From Octopus sinensis (Eukaryota): 64,000 nt of DNA. The notes under the pieces are model-generated. The model did no database searches. It had not been told where the DNA came from and saw only the letters and a program-made list of their open reading frames with translations. The stretch lies in contig NC_043003.1 of NCBI RefSeq assembly GCF_006345805.1, positions 93,372,001 through 93,436,000 on the forward strand. The letters run 5' to 3'. Shown in pieces: positions 26,948 through 40,690 of this stretch (position 1 is its first letter; each line of letters starts with the position of its first letter). Made by a program: the position numbers and the translations under genes.

Positions 26948-27194
26948 AAATTACTAAATCTTGTTAGTCTAGAAATATTTCGTTCGGAATTAGATATTCT
27001 TTAAAAAAAATGTTTTGGTAAAATGTTTATGAATCATAAAGATTTTTTTCTAACATAAAATATAAAATATGTTTTATCAACAGCTATGTCTAAGGAGCTG
27101 GAAAATACCGTTTATATATAATTATACAAGCATATACAACGAACACTTACACACACACGCACACACACACGCACAAACACACGCACGCACGCAG

Positions 27195-27232
<38 letters not shown>

Positions 27233-27734
27233 ATACACACACACATGCACGCACACACACACACACACACACACGCACAAACACACATACACACACACGC
27301 ACAAACACACATACACACACATATATATTTATTTATACACACACTCACACACGTACACAAATACATTCGTAGAATTAATTATGCTTGTATGTGTGCATTA
27401 GACTGTGAGTATATATGTATGTGTGTGTGTATGTGTGTGTGTGTTGTGTGTGTGTCTGTGTGTGTGTCACATAAGTAGTAACAAACAAAAGTAAATGTAT
27501 TCAATACCAAAGATAGAATACATAATTTGTTGACCAGGCGGTACGAAGACCTGTTTCGATTCTTTGAACTTTAGTTCTAATTAAAGACAAGATGGCGAAC
27601 AGAATATGTCTTCTCAATGGACAGCACAAATCTTGCGTTAACGCGGTTTAACGCGGTCAGTGAAATAAGGCAAAAGAAGTAGGTGTTTCAAGTCGTAATC
27701 CTAAAATATAGAGCATAACACATCCAACTGATCA

Positions 27735-27970
27735 AGCGGAGAGCTGGCAGAATCGTTAGCACGCCGGGCGAAATGCTTAGTGGTATTTCGTCTGTCTTTG
27801 TGTTCTGAGTTCAAATTCCGTCGAGGTCGACTTTGCGTTTCATCCTTTCGGGGTCGATTAAATAAGTAGCAGTTACGCACTGGGGTCGATGTAATCGACT
27901 TAATCCCTTTGTCTGTCCTTGTTTATCCTCTCTATGTTTAGCCCCTTGTGGGTAGTAAAGAAATAGGTAT
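27735..27970 (+). mobile_element. SINE family B, monomeric
   Basis: Complete head and body, tail ...gtagtaaagaaataggtatt. Confidence 0.9.
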
Positions 27971-28092
27971 TAAGTACTTCAGAGCAGATCTGCAAGCCTT
28001 GTTTTTTGAGAAAAAAACATCAATACATACATCTGCCCGCACAAGCATTCGTACATAGATACATTCGTAAGTACATGCATATAAACAAAAAT

Positions 28093-28160
<68 letters not shown>

Positions 28161-28253
28161 GTACACGTATTTTTCACACATACACACACTCTTATGCGGA
28201 TATGTATATGCATACATGCACATATATACATGCATGTATATGTGTGTGTGAGA

Positions 28254-28300
<47 letters not shown>

Positions 28301-28466
28301 TGTATATGTATGTGTGTCTGAGCGCATATGTATATGTATGCATGTTTGTATACGTACACACATCCATGTATACATATAGAAAGCGAGAGATATACCCATG
28401 CATATATACAACAAACTGTTAATGAATGTACAACAGTATGTGTGTGTGTGTGCGTGTGTGTATGTA

Positions 28467-28497
<31 letters not shown>

Positions 28498-28701
28498 GTG
28501 TGTGTGTGTGTGTCTTTGTGTGTGTGTTTCCCCAGGAGGATACAGGGTGGTGGCAGACCTCCTAGCTGGGAAATGGGCCGGGGACCACCCACAAAAGGAA
28601 ACTGCTTGGCGGCACTGCAGTCATATAAATTATGAACACTCTTTTAAATCCATATTGCCCTGCTAGAAATTACCATCGTCACCACCAACACCACCACCAC
28701 C

Positions 28702-28735
<34 letters not shown>

Positions 28736-28769
28736 TCATCATTATTATAAATACTATCATGAAGCTTGA

Positions 28770-29017
28770 AGAGCTGGCAGAGTCGTTTGCACATTGGACG
28801 AAATACTTTGCAGCATTGCTTCCCGTTTTTATGTTCTGAGTTCAAATGCTGCCGAGATCGACTTCGCCTTTCATCCTTTCAGATTCAATGAAATAAATAA
28901 ATACCAGTAGAGCACTGGGATCGATGAAATAAGTTCCAGTCGAACACAGGGGTCAATGTAATCAACAAACCTGCTTCTCCCTAAAGTTTCGTGCCTTGTG
29001 CTCATAGCAAAAAGCAC

Positions 29018-29062
<45 letters not shown>

Positions 29063-29085
29063 CATTATTATTATAGATGATAATG

Positions 29086-29135
<50 letters not shown>

Positions 29136-29136
29136 G

Positions 29137-29211
<75 letters not shown>

Positions 29212-29382
29212 GTAGAATCGTTAGCACGCTGGACGAAATGCTTAGCGGTGTTTCGCCGATCGCTACGTCCAGAGTTCAAATCCCGCCGATGTCAACTTTG
29301 CTTTTCATCCTTTCGGGGTCGATAAATTAAGTACCCACCAAAATTTCAGGTCTTGTGCCTATTGTAGAAAGGATTATTATTA

Positions 29383-29454
<72 letters not shown>

Positions 29455-29615
29455 GTGCAGAAAGCTAGCATAATCATTAGCACGCCGGACAAAATGTTTT
29501 TAGCGGCATTTCGTATATTTTTACTTTCTCAGTTGAAATTCCGCCGAGGTCGAGTTTGCCTTTCATCCTTTCGGGATCGACAAAATAGATACTGGGGTCA
29601 ATGTAATCGACTTAG
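28770..29615 (+). mobile_element. Three decayed SINE family B copies separated by (TTA)n/(CTA)n/(ATA)n tracts
   Basis: Heads at about 28770, 29210 and 29455. Confidence 0.7.
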
Positions 29616-29629
29616 CCCTGGGATATGTA

Positions 29630-29800
29630 ACACACTACCTAAATACCAATCTTGAAAAATCAGGCTTCTCAAAACCAGAAATGAGAAAGCTAATTCGAAG
29701 ACTACAAATCCAATCGATCACTGGAACTGTAAAAATCTGTAAAACTTTCCAGAAGTTTATCATTTAAATATATATGAGCGTGTCTAGATATGCAAGTATA
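29630..29800 (+). mobile_element. R4/Dong-like (RLE) LINE 3' end fragment
   Basis: Plus frame NLEKSGFSKPEMRKLIRRLQIQSITGTVKICKTFQKFII* resembles the C-terminus of restriction-like-endonuclease LINEs; followed by (TACA)n. Confidence 0.55.
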
Positions 29801-29904
29801 TGCATGAGAATACATACATAAATACATACATACATACATACATACATACATACATACATACATACATACATACATACATACATACACACATTCATACATA
29901 CATA

Positions 29905-31294
29905 CAGTTGCGGCCAAAATGTTCAGAACGGCATTGTTTTCGCCAGAAAAGTAGGTATAGGTTTTTATCAAAGTTGTTTTCACAGACAATAAATACAATA
30001 TTAATTGTTATTGTCTGAGATTTTTGTGTAATTTGAGAAGATAATACAAAAGTTATGGATGATTTAGTGAAAACCCATGGCGACCAAAATGATCAGAACG
30101 GTTGAAAAAATAACAAAATAATCAAAAATGACAGAGAATACTGGAATTATTTAATATCTAGTGTGAAGCCCTTTAGCTTCAATCACACTTTGACATTTTT
30201 GACTGCATGAGGAAATTAAATTTTCAATTTCTTGCTAGGTGATCTTATTCCATTCTTCCTGAAGGGCATTCCATAATTGCTCGGTTGTTTTAGGATTTCT
30301 GGCTTTCGAACTTTCTCCTTGAATATTCCACACATTTTCAATAGGATTGAGGTCTGGGCTTTGAGCAGGCCAATCCATAATAATAACCTTTTCAGCCTTG
30401 AGGAAGTTCATGACCACCTTAGCCTTGTGACATGGGGCATTGTCTTGCATGAATATGGGTGGTCGCTTAGTTGAATTTCTCAGCACATGCAAGACATGAT
30501 CTTTTACAAGTTGTTTATAAACTCCTGCATTTACCATTCCGTGTAATCGCACCAAAGAGCCCACACCATCTCCAGATATCATCCCCCAAACCATGACACT
30601 TCCTCCACCGAATTTAACACTAGTCTTAAGGCATTTAAGCGACAATTTTTCACCTACTTTTCAACGAACCTTTTCCCATCTGCGCCAAGTAACATAAACT
30701 TAGATTCATCACTGAAATGCACCGTTTGCCATTTTTCTTGAGACCACAACACATGTTCGGTTGCTAAGGTAAGACGACAATTTTTATTTTTGGAGCTGAT
30801 CAGTGGCTTCGCTTGTAGGTTATGTTCAACTAAACGATGAGACACAGTTATTCGAGATAACGTCTTCTTCAGTACAATGCTCATTTCCCAAGAAACAGCA
30901 GCAGCAGTTTTAAATCTGTCCTTTTTAACCAACTTTACCATAGCACAATCTTCTCTCTTGGTCGTTTTTCTTGGCCTACCTGTAGACTTTCTTGCTTTAC
31001 ACGAACCACAATCATCGAAGACCTTAAGAATACCGTGAACAACACTTTTTGACTTGTTAACAAACTTTGCAATAGACCCAATACTTAAATTATCCTTCTT
31101 TCGAAGCTAAATAATCTGCTAACGAATTGGTAACGGAGTAAGTGGCATTATATTAACAAAGTACACTACAGATATTCTTACTAATGTTTAGTAAACGAAC
31201 CATCACGTAAACAAATTCAAAACATTAGGTATAAAAACTTATACCTACTTTTCTGGCGAAAACAATGCCGTTCTGAACATTTTGGCCGCAACTG
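29905..31294 (-). mobile_element. Full-length decayed Tc1 (DD34E) transposon
   Basis: TA-flanked TIRs cagttgcggccaaaatgttcagaacggcattgttttcgccagaaaagtagg; HFSDESKF, VKFGGGSVMVWG, FMQDNAPCHKAK and WPAQSPDLNPIENVW motifs; stops and frameshifts. Confidence 0.95.
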
Positions 31295-31439
31295 TACATA
31301 CATACATATATACATACATACATACATACATACATATACATACATACATGCATGCATGCATGCATGCATGCATACATACATACATACATACATACATACA
31401 TACATACATACATACATACATGCAGTTATATATATTGTT

Positions 31440-31830
31440 TTATTGTTTTATTCTTTTACTTGTATCAGTCATTTTGACTGCAGCCCATGCTGGAGTACCG
31501 CCTTGAAGGGTTTTAAGCGAACAAATCGATCCAAAGACTTACTTTTTAGGCCTAGTACTTATTCTATCAGTCTCTTTTGTAGAGCCGCTAAGTTACGGGG
31601 ACGTAAACACACCAACACCGGCTGCCAAGCAGTGATGGCAACAGATACAAAGACACGCACACACACACGACGAGTTTCTTCAAGTTTCTGTCTACCAAAT
31701 CCACTCAAAAGGTTTTAATCGAACCGAAACTAGAGTAGATGGCACCTACCCAAGGTGGCAGTCAGTGGGACTGACCCCTGAACCATGTGGTTGAAAAGCA
31801 AGCTTCTTACAACACAGCCACGCCTGCGCC
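31440..31830 (-). mobile_element. SINE family A
   Basis: Head and tail match other copies. Confidence 0.8.
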
Positions 31831-32050
31831 TTTATGTATGTATGTATGTATGTATGTATGTATGTATGTATGTATGTATGTATGTTCGCGCACGTGTCTA
31901 CGCGTACAGGTACACAAAGATCTATACACACGCAGGCAAGGGTCGACTGATATAAAAGTGAAGAAAAAGGTGAACAAAATAATATGACCACTTCCTTATT
32001 GAGAAGTTTATATATGTCAGATTAAAAAAAAAATTTAATATCATCATTAT

Positions 32051-32215
32051 AGGCGCAGGAGTAGCTGTGTGGTAAGCAGCTTACTTTCCAGTCGCATGGT
32101 TCCGGGTTCAGTTCCATTGAGTGGCACCTTGGGCAAGTGCCTTCTACTATAGCCTCGGACCGACCAAGGCCTTATGAGTGGATTTGATAGACGGAAGCTG
32201 AAAGAAGCTCCCCCG
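32051..32215 (+). mobile_element. SINE family A head only
   Basis: aggcgcaggagtagctgtgtggtaag...gaaagaagc. Confidence 0.8.
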
Positions 32216-32787
32216 CCTCCTTCCCCTCTTCAGCAAAATCGCTACCTATATGTATTTGTGTATGTATGTATTTATGTATGTTCCTGATGAATTCCTCATC
32301 ATATTCAGCAAAATCAATTTAATAATTCTAATTAATTACTTATGATATAGCTGGTGGTGTTTACATGTAAACCACAGAAAGAGTTTGTTGACGTAGTTTG
32401 TTTTCAGTTCTTCCTCTGACACACACACATGTACACAAGTAACAAATATACGCGTGTACTAGTGGTAAGGGAATTGCAGGGTTGTGCTTCCATTCCCAGA
32501 TAGGCGGTGCGTTGGATTCTTCACTTTACGTTCCTCCAATCCACCCAGATATAAATGTGTAAAGTTGCGACGGACTGAGATTCTATTCAAAGGGAATTTT
32601 GGCCTGTCCATGGTAGCCAGAGGAGTCATATTTGAAAGCTATAACAATGCTAAGAAACACATTGCGTCCAGCGCTGTTCAACATCTGGTAGCCTGGTCGA
32701 TACAGTGATATAACAATAGGGTGATAAAGCGATCTATATATATGTATCGATATATCCGTACATACATGTATATAAGTTATATTACAT

Positions 32788-33187
32788 AGGCGCAGGAGTG
32801 GCTGTGTGGTAAGTAGCTTGCTAACCAACCACATGGTTCCGGGTTCAGTCCCACTGCGTGGCATCTTGGGCAATTGTCTTCTACTATAGCCCCGGGCTGA
32901 CCGATGCCTTGTGAGTGGATTTGGTAGACGGAAACTGAAAGAAGCCCGTCGTATATATGTATATATATGTATGTGTGTGTGTTTGTGTGTCTGTGTCTGT
33001 CCCCCTAGCATTGCTTGACAACCGATGCTGGTGTGTTTGCGTCCCCGTCACTTAGCGGTTCGGCAAAAGTGACCGATAGAATAAGTACTGGGCTTACAAA
33101 GAATAAGTTTCGGGGTCGATTTGCTCGACTGAAGGTGGTGCTCCAGCATGGCCGCAGTCAAATGACTGAAACAAGTAAAAGAGAAAG
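32788..33187 (+). mobile_element. SINE family A, full length
   Basis: ggcgcaggagtggctgtgtggtaagtag to gactgaaacaagtaaaagag. Confidence 0.9.
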
Positions 33188-33195
33188 AGAGTATA

Positions 33196-33465
33196 GTGCA
33201 GGCGCATGGGTCAATGGTAGAGCTTTGGGCTTACAATTACGAAGTTGTGAGTTCGATTCACGGACCGTAAACGTGTTGTGCTCTTGAGCAAGACACTTTA
33301 TTTCACGTTGCTCTAGTTCACACAGCTGTAGAAATGAGTTACAGCGTTACTGGTGCCTAGCTGAACCAACCTTTAACTTTCCCTTGGACAACATCGGCGG
33401 CGTGGAGAGGGAAGATTGGCATTCATGGGTAACTTCCACAAACAACCTTGCCCTGACTTGTCCCT
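33196..33465 (+). mobile_element. SINE family C (CORE-like central domain)
   Basis: tRNA-like head with gagttcgatt B box, then gtgttgtgctcttgagcaagacactttatttcacgttgctc. Confidence 0.7.
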
Positions 33466-33498
33466 TTTTATGCTATATTTTCCCGGTCTCCTTTTCAG

Positions 33499-33552
33499 TC
33501 GAGATCAGTACTGAATAGCATGTCAATTAACTGCAAGATGCTAGCATGTCCT
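33499..33552 (+). CDS. Candidate 54 nt exon (SRSVLNSMSINCKMLACP)
   Basis: Strong polypyrimidine acceptor tcccggtctccttttcag, gtaagt donor, only phase 0 open. Confidence 0.3.
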
Positions 33553-33578
33553 GTAAGTTAACCGTCATCAGTTCATTG

Positions 33579-33729
33579 CAGGGAAAGTTCACCGTAAGGG
33601 ATGTTCACTGCGAGGAAATTGCACCACAAGGAAACTGTCAATGGTAAGATACTATGGATATATTTTCTCAGTAAACTTCCCTTGCGGTAAATTTCCTTCA
33701 CGGTGAATTGATGGCGGTGAACCTACCTG
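33579..33729. mobile_element. Small MITE with subterminal repeats
   Basis: Imperfect TIRs cagggaaagttcaccg / cggtgaacctacctg, with ttcaccg.aagg-like motifs repeated in inverted orientation on both sides. Confidence 0.55.
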
Positions 33730-33818
33730 TAATCGGATGCCATAGAGAGAGAGAGAGAGGGAGAGAGGGAGAGAGAGAGGGAGAGAGAAAGGGAGAGAGA
33801 GGGTGAGAGAGAGAGGGA

Positions 33819-33909
<91 letters not shown>

Positions 33910-34023
33910 GGGTTTTACGCACGAAATCTTTCAGAAGATAATGTTATTCAAGCCTTGGATGAATTTGCGAGTAAAAAAAAAAGCTCGATTGGAGGTACCA
34001 CGTAGTGGGACCGAACCCTGGAG

Positions 34024-34225
34024 CAATGGTTCTCAACCGGGATCCATATGCCCTTTGGTGGTCCATATGAAAGTTTGTTGCTAAAATTTATCTGCAATAA
34101 ATTGTCTATACTTCTACAATACACAAAATATTTGAGCAATTTTTTAATACAATTGCTAATAATATTTAATTATCAAAATACGAATCAAAGAAGGTCCAGA
34201 GGTAAATGTTGGTTGAGATACACTG
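34024..34225. mobile_element. hAT-type MITE, short
   Basis: caatggttctcaacc...ggttgagatacactg, related to the ends of 7752-8071. Confidence 0.6.
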
Positions 34226-35141
34226 ATCTAAAACATGTCTGTCATATCACCATGGAAATCAGAATATGACAAAAAATGACTCTATTGATATTTCTGTTGG
34301 CATATGTAAGATATTCCTAATGAACCTACTGCTTGCGAAAATACGCCAAAAGCAGCAAGTGTCATTGTAATGATATGAATAGCCTCGGTGCTATATCAAG
34401 AAAACCACACCCAAGAGTAAGCTTTTGCAGAGACCCAAGTCGATCATCTGAGATGAAGCAATCAAAGGCTACAGATGAGTAGTAGAAACCTTGATCAAAC
34501 GAGGCAGGATTTAGGAAATGTCATGCATATAGCAGAAGTTGATATTATTCCTACAGTAATTTTAGACGAACTCTATTTGTAATTCCTTGAAAAACATGAT
34601 CTAGTTAGATCGATGCCAGTCGGAAACCTTTACATTCTACAACTGAGCCTTACCACAAATACGCACTGAGGTTGCTAGAATCTTTTGGGCCATATCTTAA
34701 CGAAAGTATAAGATACAGGGTCTGCTCGGCGAGAGGAAGATCATTCTAAAAAAATTATACGATGCAGGCTCTTTACTGAACTAGAAAATCGAGGTTTTTG
34801 GATGTAGTCCTCATGACGCAAATTCATTTAAAACTTGAGAACGATATACAAAGGCGAACTGCTCTATGGGGAATGACTTGTCTTTTCTCCGAAAAATTAC
34901 AAATTTTTACTATGGTACGTTTTACTTTTTGCCACTACCAAGCTAAATTAGGATCTATGTATCTCCACCATAAAAAGGTTATTTACTGCTGGCAAACATA
35001 TTTCAAAATATTGCCTAGTGGCAATAGTAATGAGAAACTAACGGAAACATTCTGATCATTTATATGCTATAACCAGTAATATATTGCTTGACGATATAAA
35101 AATATATATTTGCATATGCATGCATATACATATATGTATAA

Positions 35142-35189
<48 letters not shown>

Positions 35190-35221
35190 GTAATAATAAT
35201 AAATGCGCCCTTTTTTAAAGC

Positions 35222-35450
35222 CTAGCCAGGGTCATGGGCTCAGTTTCCCGGTTTCAATGGTGTATGTGTAACCCAGCTGGACGGGACGTCAGTCCAGCGC
35301 AGCGTTACTCATTTTTGACAGCTGAGTGGACTGGAGCAACGTAAAATGAAGTGTTTTGCTCAAGAACACGCGTCGCCCTGTCCAGGAATTGAAATCAGAA
35401 TCTTACGATCATGATGCTGGCACCCTAACCTCTAAGCCTCGCGCCTCCAC
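35222..35450 (-). mobile_element. SINE family C
   Basis: Minus head gtggaggcgcgaggcttagagg...; CORE-like gtgttcttgagcaaaacacttcattttacgttgctcc. Confidence 0.75.
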
Positions 35451-35453
35451 ATG

Positions 35454-35489
<36 letters not shown>

Positions 35490-35505
35490 ATGCATATATA
35501 TATAT

Positions 35506-35564
<59 letters not shown>

Positions 35565-35616
35565 ATATATATATATATATGTATACATATATGTAATATA
35601 TTTATATTTGTTTACA

Positions 35617-36095
35617 TCTCTTATTATAAAAGGCAGATTTTATCTGCCTCCCTTTGTATCTTATAGAAATCTACAATATAGGATTTCTCAATTACAATTT
35701 ACCTAGCATTTTTAAGAGTAGAATGCATCGGGTCATGCCAGGTCCAGTTTTTAAAATTTAAACTCTAATTAAGCAAAATTTACAGAAAACTCACATTCTG
35801 GTGTGTATGTCAAATGCTTTTCTTAGTCTGGTTTACAGCACACGCAAACGCACACACACGGTGTGCTACGAATAAAGTGAAAGTAATTCAGTGTGTTGAC
35901 AGGTAGACAATAGAATGCGGTGACGATGGCGATGTAATATTTGTTTCTGTCTATGACGCTGATAGATACATGAGTAAAATGTATGGGAAGCTAAGACATA
36001 AGAGTGAGTGAAAATGTTCTTGGAAGAGAGTAAATAGCAAGAGAGAGTGATTTGAGGAAGACTTTACATTAAATAACCGTAGTGGCTTGTGTTAG
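35617..36095 (+). mobile_element. Possible non-autonomous Helitron (second family)
   Basis: A|TC start followed by ttattataaaaggcag, like the other Helitron 5' ends; degenerate TTAG|T end. Confidence 0.35.
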
Positions 36096-36126
36096 TAATA
36101 AAGTAAACATACACTCATACATACAT

Positions 36127-36157
<31 letters not shown>

Positions 36158-36539
36158 TACACACACACATACATACATACATACACACACATACATACAT
36201 ACATACACACATACATACATACATACATACATATACACACATACATACATATACATACATACACACACACACACATACACACACACAGTATTGAAGCTTG
36301 AGAACAATCAGATACATTTGCAACAAATCTGTTGAAAATATTATTGTTCACACACATACATATACATATATACATACAGACAGACAGACAGATAGACACA
36401 CACACACACACATGATCCAGCATGGCCACAACCTCAAGGCTGAAACATATAAAAGAATAACAGAATATAAATGTGTGCATGTGTGTGAGAGAGAGAGTGT
36501 GTGTGTATATGTATGTATGTATGTATGTATATATATATA

Positions 36540-37134
36540 TAATAATGCGGTTTTTTCAACAGCTTGAACTAAAAGTCAGAGGGGAATGGGATAAACTACT
36601 TATATTAACTTGCTATAAAAGCAGGTAGTAATTTTATCTTGTCCTTATTCATAGTGCAAGTTTTGAAGAGTGCATTTCGATTTTAACAGCTATTCTTTTC
36701 AAAGCTATGTTGGAAGTAACAAAGGAGCATATTTGGCATACTTTGCTTATGAGTTCAATAAAGACAACAACGCAACGGAAAGTACAAGAAATATAATGCA
36801 GTATATGGGGATTGGACAATAAGCGTAAGGCAGTGTCAATGGTGGTTCCAGAAATTCCGAGCCATAAACTACAGCCTAGAAGACGAGCCTCATCCTGAAA
36901 GATCTGTAGAACTCGACAAGGACATCCTGAAAACCCTGGTGGAACAAAATCTCATCGTAACTGTTGAGGAACTAGCAGAGAAGCTTGGATTTGGTCATTC
37001 AACCATTCATTGAGACCTGTGTGCTATCGGAAAAGTCAGCAAATTGGGTCAATGGGTTCCTCACGAACTTTCCGAGTCTAATTGCATGCAGAGAGTGAAT
37101 GTATGCTTTTCTTTGCTGTCACATCTCACCACTA
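36540..37134 (+). mobile_element. Mariner 5' half (same family as 62807-64000)
   Basis: Remnants KEHI.H..YEF and KVSKLGQWVPHELSE; truncated just before a Helitron. Confidence 0.85.
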
Positions 37135-37148
37135 CTGCGCTATGTATA

Positions 37149-37788
37149 TCTATATATATATAAAACTGTAGTTGTGTGAGTGTCTGTCCCCTTCGATTTA
37201 GATTCCTAACTACTCCCACATTTTGCGGTGCAGTTTAACCAAATTCGGGTAGCTTATAGTCGTGATTCATATCGAGCCCGTCTGAGTATTAGCGCGCATC
37301 TACGATGAGTCTACGATTTTAAAAATAATTTAACATCATTTTTTATTCCATTTTAATGCATAATTTTTCGTGTGTCGATGGCGGCGGAGTTGGCGTCCAC
37401 GCTCACACCTGCACCTGTGGGGAAGGGAGTGTAAGGAAATCAACGTCGTAATGCGTTGTCAAGGAGACCAGCGTTCTTTTAGAACAACGACTTCATGGCT
37501 TGAAGACACCAAAACAGAAATGGCTAAGAAAGCGTCTACATGAGTCTACGATTTAAAAAAAAATTTACCATCGTTTTTTTCTCCATTTTAATGCATTTTT
37601 TCGCTATTATATAAGGGAAGTAACTCTCTAAAAATGTCTACGATGAGTCAACGATTTAAAAAAAAATTTACCATCATATTTTTTCCATTTTTAATGCATT
37701 TTTTGCTATTTTTTGACTATAACTCTCTAAAAATGCTTATATAGTTATTTCTCTTACAAACCCGAGCAACGCCGGGCGATACTGCTAG
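37149..37788 (+). mobile_element. Non-autonomous Helitron, complete
   Basis: A|TC 5' end, 3' cccgagcaacgccggg hairpin plus CTAG|T, no TSD. Confidence 0.85.
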
Positions 37789-37944
37789 TACAAGTATAAA
37801 TGTATATGCATACATATATATGTACACATTTATATATTCATGTGTACATACACACATACATTTACAGGCATACATATTTACATATATCTATACACACACA
37901 CACACATGAATCCATCTTAAACCCTTTTCAAGAAACCCGTATGA

Positions 37945-38155
37945 CATCTTTTACTTGTTTCAGTCATTTGACTGCGGCCATGCTGGAGTACCGCCTTTAG
38001 TCGAAGAAATCGACCCCAGGACTTATTCTTTGTAAGCCTAGTACTTATTCTATCGGCGGGGACGTAAACACACCAGCATCAGTTAATAAGCGATGTTGGG
38101 GGACAAACACAGGCACACAAACATATACACATACATACATACATACATACATACA

Positions 38156-38187
<32 letters not shown>

Positions 38188-38330
38188 CGACGGGCTTCTT
38201 TCAGTTCCCGTCTTTGGTCGGCCCGAAGCTATAGTAGAAGACACTTGCCCAAGGTGCCACGCAGTGGGACTGAACCCGGAACCATGTGGTTGGTAAGCAA
38301 GCTACGTACCACACAGCCACTCCTGCGTCT
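37945..38330 (-). mobile_element. SINE family A
   Basis: Head and tail match; internal (CATA)n. Confidence 0.85.
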
Positions 38331-39479
38331 ATAAATACCTCTTTATAAATTAATTTTATCTTAAACAATTCTGAGCGAATTTACACCTAATAACTTCCCT
38401 TGGACATTTTTCTTTTTATTGACAATCACCACCCACGAGACAACGAAGAATTTAACGTTGCCTGATTTGCTGGAAATAGCATCAAAATCTGCAATAATTT
38501 CCTGTCGTTTTAAAAGGTAAAGTCATTAGATTATGTATCAATAGTTACAATATATCTGTAATGACTTTGATCATAATTGTGTGTGAAGAAGGGAGCTTGA
38601 CTGACATGTGATTTAACAATAAGAACGAGAGCAGCAAGGAATCTTTGTACACTTCTTCAAAGAACGAAAAACGTCATCCACCCCATGCTCAAACCATACA
38701 AGTCACAGTAAATAGTTTTTGAAAATGAAAGACATCTTGGATAATGTAGTTTTAAATAGACTGTCTAAAAAATAAAAGTAAAGGAAAAGAAAGAAGACGG
38801 AATGTTCACCGGTGGAGCTTCTTTGATCAGAACGGATATAGAGATAAATAACACTAAGAACAACAACGTCCATAATAGGATCTACTGTAGACGGGATGGG
38901 TAGAGCTTTCTTTTAGTATCATTAAAAGAAATATTTGACATTATCTTCCGCTCTCCTAATTTGATAAACAGCATCACTGCTTCCTTTTTAACTTGACGCA
39001 AGATTATTTTGTAAAGGGAAAAAGGGTTTGGTCTTTTAACTTCGGCCCCGATATATTGTTAGTGTTTAATTTATAAACTTCTAAACTATGAAAAGCAAAG
39101 TCGGTTCCGCCATTGCTAAAAGTTGTTTGTACTACAAGCTTTCAATTGTGACATGTGTTAAAAGTCTTAGCAATGCAGTTTCTACTTTTTGCTCGTGAAT
39201 TTTATTTTAGTAACCAGATGAATAAGATGGAATTAGATTATTCATTTACATATTTCTTTATTTGCTTATCCATCCATCCATCCATCCATCCATCCATCCA
39301 TCCATCAATCCATCCATTCATTCATTCATTCATTCATTCATAGTGACTGGTTTTTTTTTCTGGGTTCAAGGCTAGTGTTTGTAGAGCAAGAGGAAAGTCA
39401 GATGAATTAAACCAAGAATAATACACTTATTTAGCGTCACTATTTTTTTTTCTCCAGAAAGACAAAAGACAAATCAAAA

Positions 39480-39864
39480 TCTCTCTCTATATAAACGGCA
39501 GTTTGTCTGTGCGTGTTTCTGTGTGTCTGTTTGCTTGTACCCTCACCCTGACCACGGCTTTCAACCGATTCTGATGAAACTTGACACACACATAGCCCAA
39601 TGTCATAATTCAAAACTAACGCAGCGAAAATTTTGAAAAGTTCCTCCAGTTCTGAAAAAAATCGATAAATTCGACATGGGGTCGAGAATCAGAAACACAA
39701 ACCATAAACTGTCTAGGGGGCGCAACTCCACCTTTTTTAAATCTCAAAAAAAAATTTACCATCATTTTTTCCCATTTTTTTGCTATTTTTTGGCTATAAC
39801 TCTCTAAAAATGCTTTATAGTTATTTCCCTTACAAACCTGAGCAACGCCGGGCGATACTGCTAG
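39480..39864 (+). mobile_element. Non-autonomous Helitron, complete
   Basis: A|TC start, same 3' terminal region as 37149-37788, CTAG|T end. Confidence 0.85.
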
Positions 39865-40103
39865 TAAGAGATATATGCATGTGTACTATGACACGAACTG
39901 GATATCAGTGACTCTGGAAATGAAGATTCACGTTCGTAATATTAATCTCGACTATTTCTTACGGAACACGTACATAGACGTGTATTTATAACATATAAGA
40001 TGTTCATAGCCCCAGAGTTGAACCATTCTATTGTTCAATTGTTATTACACATGAAAAGAAAAAGGCTGAAGAAAACAAACATTTATTTTTATAATTGCTG
40101 CAG

Positions 40104-40128
40104 TTTGTGTTTGAGGATAAAGGCCATG
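40104..40128 (+). CDS. Candidate 25 nt micro-exon (FVFEDKGH)
   Basis: tttttataattgctgcag acceptor, ATG|gtgagt donor. Confidence 0.3.
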
Positions 40129-40329
40129 GTGAGTAGAAATGGTTGAGTGCTAAGCATGTTCAATCCATCCATCCATCCATCCGTCTGTCCGTCCGTCCGT
40201 CCGTCCATCCATCCATCCATCCATCCATCTATCCATCCATCCATCGGTATCCGATCAGTATTCCTGAGTAAGAGTCCTCAGACGACTCCTTAACAAAATT
40301 GTATCTAAAGCAACTCTCATTACACTTTC

Positions 40330-40690
40330 CTGAGCGTGACCAAATCAGAATATGGATATTAGTCAAACACCTCGTTCTTCGTCTGCTTCAAAAATCCTAC
40401 CGGCTGGTTCGGCTTGAGAAATCCGTCTCACGATTCTTTCCTGCTTCTTTCTAATCACATGTCCATAATTCCTCTCATTGCGAAGTTGCAGTTTAACCCG
40501 CGGACACTCTTTGATCTTCGAGTTACGCAGTCTGTCGAGTAACGTTACTTCAGAGATTTCTTGGAGGAAACCCATTTTGGCAGCTGATATTCTCCGGACA
40601 TATTCTAGGTTTAAATCCGCCGACATCAGCCTGCTTTTCCTTGCCTTTGATGTTGGTAAAATAAGTACTAGCCGAGTACTTTTTGTAGTG
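40330..40690 (-). mobile_element. RTE-type LINE RT C-terminal fragment
   Basis: RRISAAKMGFLQEISEVTLLDRLRNSKI..YGHVIR, the RTE signature. Confidence 0.8.

Noticed and set aside
28530-28665. GC-rich island between microsatellites with two open frames
   Set aside because: Short, no donor site, no recognisable family
32500-32710. 74 aa ORF or candidate exon in unique-looking sequence
   Set aside because: Weak donor and no recognisable motif; cannot be supported without expression data
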